Positions 59,680 through 64,000 of a stretch of 64,000 bases of DNA are shown one piece after another. The stretch comes from Oikopleura dioica. Lineage: Eukaryota > Animalia > Chordata. The stretch lies in NCBI GenBank assembly GCA_907165135.1, contig OU015568.1:4898001-4962000 (forward strand), read 5' to 3'. Position 1 is the first letter of the stretch. Every line of letters begins with the position of its first letter. Position numbers and translations under genes: made by a program. The notes below the pieces were generated by a model. That model saw only the letters and a list, made by a program, of their open reading frames with translations, had not been told where the DNA came from and did no database searches.

Positions 59680-62636
59680 ATGGGGCGCCCGATTCGTCGC
59701 GCGCACCTTGAGTCTTCGGAAAGCGATGCTGATTCGACTCCTTCAATCAGCAATCTAATTTCGCCCGGATCTTTTGCACTCGCTTTACCAACATCGTCGA
59801 GTGACTCTGAAGCGGAGAAAACTTCTCCGCGCCGATCAAAAACACCCTCTCCGCGTCGATCAAAAACACCATCTCCGCGTCGAGCAAAAACACCATCTCC
59901 GCGCCGAGCAAAAACAACTTCTCCGCGCCGAGCTTCTACGCCTCGAAAAACGCCTCGAAAAACGCCTCGCCGAAATCCTTCGCCTCCATTTAAAAAAATC
60001 ATTGCTGGCCTCTCTTCCTCGATTGTACGCTCTAGTGGTGGTGGTGGTGGTGGTGGTGGCGGTGGCACCAAGGTTTGAAGTTTGAAAAAAGGTTGAAACT
60101 TATTAGAATTTTAGCAATTGAGCATTTCGGATTATATCCATAAAAAACCAGCGACTACGTCGATTCCAGGTGTGGTCCCACTCTCCTCTTCTTCATCTTG
60201 TGGCGAGGAACAACAAAGCCAAAAACAACAAGGCCTGGTTCAATTTTTCTTTTATTTTTGATAAATATACGCGTTTTGAACTCTTTGAAGATAAGAAAAA
60301 AAAGTCTAAAAAGAAGAAGGGTAAAAAAAGTGCACCACCACCGCCGCCAATGTCGCCGCCGCCACCATTTGAAACTCTGCCAGAAGTGAGCAACAACAAA
60401 AAGAAGAAGAAGAAAAGTCGCAAAAAAACGCCGCTTGTTGTTCCACCGGCAATCCGCGATCTTTCGAAGCAAAAAAAGCCAGCTGCTCGATCATCGCCGC
60501 CAAAGCTCTCACCAATGAAGGATCCTGCCAGAGATATTATTGAGCTCTCATCAGAGACTTCCGACGCCGAAGAAGGCGCCACCACCGCCGCCGCCGCCGC
60601 CGCCAAGCAGAGCGAGATTTTCAAGCGACCGTACGAGAGCGAGAGCGAGGGCGAATTGACGATAATTGATGAGGAAACTCCGCAGCCTGTCAAGTCTCGA
60701 AAAACCAAGGCGAAAAATCCGCCGAAAAAAAGAAAAACTACTCCCGCGGCGGCGGCGGTGGCAAAAGCTGCGAAAAAACAATCTGCGAAAAAAGGCGAAA
60801 AACGAGACGATACTCCTCGCCCTCGCCGATGCAAACCAGTTCCACCGAATTGCATCTCTCAGATGGACTACAATCGCGCGCGATTGTTTCAAAAGGGTGA
60901 TCCAGAATTACCTTCCAATGACGCTGTCGGAAAGCCAACTGAGCCGCGAATCCTCCCCGTTGTCGATAAAAAGTCGTCTGTTCCTCGCGATCAAATGCCC
61001 GATTTGGAGAACACGATGACAATTGATCAGGGCGAATTCCCTCTCACCTTGCCAAAAGATTCCGATGTTGATAAAGAAGTCGGCGAGCTTCTTCGACGAA
61101 CAGATGCGCTGGAAATAACCGACAGCGAAGACGAGTCGACTGGCGAGATAAAGAAAAAAATTGAAGCGTTCAAAAAGGAAGCGCCGGTTTGGCCAATGAA
61201 TCGCTACGCCCTTCGAAAAGCTTTCAAATTGGCATACAATGCTAAATTTGGAGTGCGACCGTCTATGGCCGACTGCCGAATTGGTGCTTGGTTGCAGCGA
61301 ATCGCCCGCAAGTACCATCATGCAAAGCGATACAGCCAGCCTCTGAACGAAGCCGAGTACCGTATTTTCATTGAAAATGTGAGCAAAGGCACTTCTCTGG
61401 AAAGCTTCTACAATGAGCCGGGGCTAGAAGTTGGTCCGCGCCTTGTCTGGGATAGAGTTGGCAGCTTCTTCCCCATTTTCGCCATCGATGGATTCATCCA
61501 TTACTACATCAAAGAACTCAAAATTTGGGTGAGTTTGGTTATCAAAAAACAAATAATAATCGAGTTTACAAGGTTCACTTTGAAAAACGCGGTTGGCGAC
61601 TAATGTCAATCACGGACAAAGATCTTGGTCACCCGGCGATTCTTTTGGCCACTCTCAACGAAATGCCCCCGATGGTCTTCCCTTGGCCCTTTACGTCGGC
61701 TGATGATCCGTACGCCAAGGAAAAGTCGACCATTCTACTTGTACTTGGCTTCATTCCTTTGGGCACTTATCCGGAATACGCGCTCGAAGCTGTCGACATA
61801 AGCAAAGAGGTTTGTGCACAAGTACACACACTCTCTTATCATAATTGTTTTCAAGGTTTTACAGACGCTTTGCATTGAAGAGCAAATCACTCAACCGCCC
61901 TCAGCCGACCAGATGATTGCTCTCAACGAGCGGCTTGAAAACAAGTGCTACAGGATGGTCAATACGGCCTTCAAGATGGATCTCCTGGGCCCCGAAGATG
62001 GACTAACGGACGAGGAAATTCTAGAGGTGCGATACAACGGCCTCATCCTCAAAATGGATGAGATGCTTGGCGGCTCAAAGCCAGCAACAACACTCCCTCT
62101 TAAAAACCGCGACCCATTCGAGGCAATCGTTGCTGCTCTTCCGCGGGTTTTTACCGAGAATAAAGACGTCTGGCCCCAAAAAATCTTCATCAAAACGCTC
62201 ATTTATGCCAACTCTTGCCAAAAATTCACCGAAAATCCTGCGATGATGCAGCTTGTAAGTAAAATAATTATTTTTCATTTTTAAAATAATTGTTTTGTAG
62301 TTTGGCGTTGGCGAAATTTTGCCCGCACCAGTTGTCGCTTGGCAACAGTGGCTCAACTATCCGCTGCTCGACATCAACATGAGCACTGGGGAGGCGAAGC
62401 GAGCTCAAGTCGAATTGGAAAAATTTGTCGCCAATTACAAGCCGATGCCGGCTTCCAACGCCGTTCCCACCACCTCCTCCTCCTCCGCCGCCGCCGGAGA
62501 CGAAGTCTCAAGCAAGAAAAAGAGCCGACGACTCACCCTTGAACAGATGGAAGATGCAGCAACATCGTACGGGCTTCATGATTCTGATGATGAACAAATT
62601 TCTTCTGTTCCTCGTGCAAACATGCCCCAGAATTAG
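59680..62636 (+). CDS. Orphan gene 5: ~880-aa protein, SPRR/Lys/Pro-rich disordered N-half, unknown globular C-half; 6 exons
   Basis: Four GT-AG introns and one GC-AG intron (60233-60290) join ORFs 59680, 60170, 61525, 61814 and 62319 in frame. Confidence 0.75.
59824..59940 (+). repeat. Coding 24-bp repeat (SPRR[SA]KT[PT])
   Basis: Five TCTCCGCGYCGA-initiated units. Confidence 0.85.
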
Positions 62637-62681
62637 AAACGTTATTTTTTGCTTTTATTTAGATAGTTGAAAAGGGGGATC

Positions 62682-64000
62682 ATGAGTCGCCGCCGCCGCC
62701 GCTGCTACCAACCACCAATAAGTCGCTTGTTCATCATTATCATAATGTGCATGTATGCACCAGTGGTGCGCAAAAAATATCTTGCCAATGCATCGATGAT
62801 CTTGATAACATCGTCTGATAATTGGTACCCCTTCCGATCATGCTTTGATTCGCACCCGTACGTTGCCCATGACGATTTTTGCAAGTTTGAACATGATCAT
62901 TGTGCCGCGGTCTTGTCGCCAACTTCGACGACTACTTCGACCACTTCGACTAGTTTGACCACGACGAGTTCGACCACGACTAGTTCGACCACGACTAGGT
63001 CGACGACTAGTTCGACTACGACGACAAGTTCGACTACGACGACAAGTTCAATGGAATCCACCGCCGCCGCTGCTGACGACGATCTCATAACTTGTCGGCA
63101 AGAAAACGCAACAAAATCTGAAAACAACGACGACGGCGCAAAAGTTCTTCGACCACCAACAGCCAGTCAGCCAGTTATGCCACAAGTGACAACAGTAAAG
63201 ACAATGCCCAGGATTCGCAAAAAGAAGAAAGATGAAGAAATAAAATCGAAAAAAAAATTTTCGTCGACCAGGTAACACTCGAAACAAGGGTGCGTTTTGG
63301 AGTTATGTGGTATTTGGATGCATGGTGGCAGTTGGTTTCATGGTATCAAAAACTTACATGTGGTGTTTTTTGTTAAAAAAACGCGAGTTTTGCCACCCCG
63401 CGTTTCATACCACCCCGCATTTCAAAGCACACCTAGTTTCAAAACACACGTTGAATTACAAAATTTTTTTTTTGAATTTTTTTTTTAGCATTTTCTTCAT
63501 CATTCTGGCGTCGCTTATTGGAACAATTTTGGCTTGTTGTGGAATAGCTGCGGCTGTGCTGAAATGCAAACACCGAGACGAATCTTGCTGCTCGATTTGG
63601 CGACACGTGTTCTATACTCTACAACATTGGATCGAGGCATTTTTCAACGCTCTATTTGATCTTGTTCGATGTCGAAATCCGGTGCAAGAATACAGAAGAC
63701 GTCAAGAATATTTTGACAATCTTCTTTATCAAAATAATCGTCGTCGTCGAAGCTCATTTTTTCGTAAGTTTTTTGCAAAAAAAAGGGAATTATATGATTG
63801 TTAGGTCGAAGGCAGCATTATGAGCGTCAACATTTGTTACCGCCTCACTTGGAAGCCGCCTTTCAAGCTCAACATGCGTATCACCAAGAAATGCGAGACT
63901 TGGCTGAAGAAGGCGACGCCGCTCCCGCCGCTGCTCCTCCGAGACGCTCTTTTTTTCGACGCATTTTTAATCGGCTAAGACCAAGACAAAGAGACAACGA
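62682..64000 (+). CDS. Orphan gene 6: membrane glycoprotein-like with a Thr/Ser mucin stalk and Arg-rich tail; runs off window
   Basis: Hydrophobic N-terminal stretch, Cys-containing segment, T/S repeat, TM IFFIILASLIGTILACCGIAAAVL. Internal splice pattern partly uncertain. Confidence 0.6.

Larger units (their letters stand above)
51168..64000. mobile_element. Putative left part of a large Maverick/Polinton-like or virus-derived element (right end outside window)
   Basis: Begins AGTAGTTATATATATGGTAGGG right after a GC-rich CGCGCG. No MITEs found downstream; only orphan genes. No pPolB, integrase, ATPase or capsid recognised, so the family is unconfirmed. Confidence 0.3.

Noticed and set aside
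59661-63287. Minus-strand and alternate-frame ORFs over the orphan cassette
   Set aside because: Low-complexity shadows; splice signals and frame continuity support only the plus-strand models.

Overview
Eukaryotic, AT-rich DNA with compact genes, many ~40-60 bp introns and several GA-AG and GC-AG introns. This pattern best fits the larvacean tunicate Oikopleura dioica (inference; not database-checked). Exon models were built by hand from splice motifs and frame continuity. About 1-48 kb is host-type sequence dense in small inverted-repeat elements: a Robo-like Ig/FN3 receptor spread over ~18 kb, a GNAT acetyltransferase, two inverted C-type lectin + kelch-like paralogs, a stand-alone TAZ zinc-finger gene, a CUB-mucin-16xEGF secreted protein and a kinase-like gene. 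Mobile elements here include a complete hAT element (8-bp TSD) carrying RING-finger exons, three TTAA-flanked MITEs, a foldback with a 10-bp TSD, and a 9-bp-TSD element that forms a perfectly spliced intron. At 48606-50856 is a ~40-copy, ~55-bp tandem array with a GAA-loop hairpin in every unit. From 51168, which begins AGTAGT like a Maverick/Polinton end, the sequence has no MITEs that I could find. It carries a co-oriented cassette of at least six spliced orphan genes, each with a splice acceptor just upstream of its ATG, consistent with an SL trans-spliced operon. The cassette runs off the window end. No rRNA, tRNA or CRISPR array was seen.
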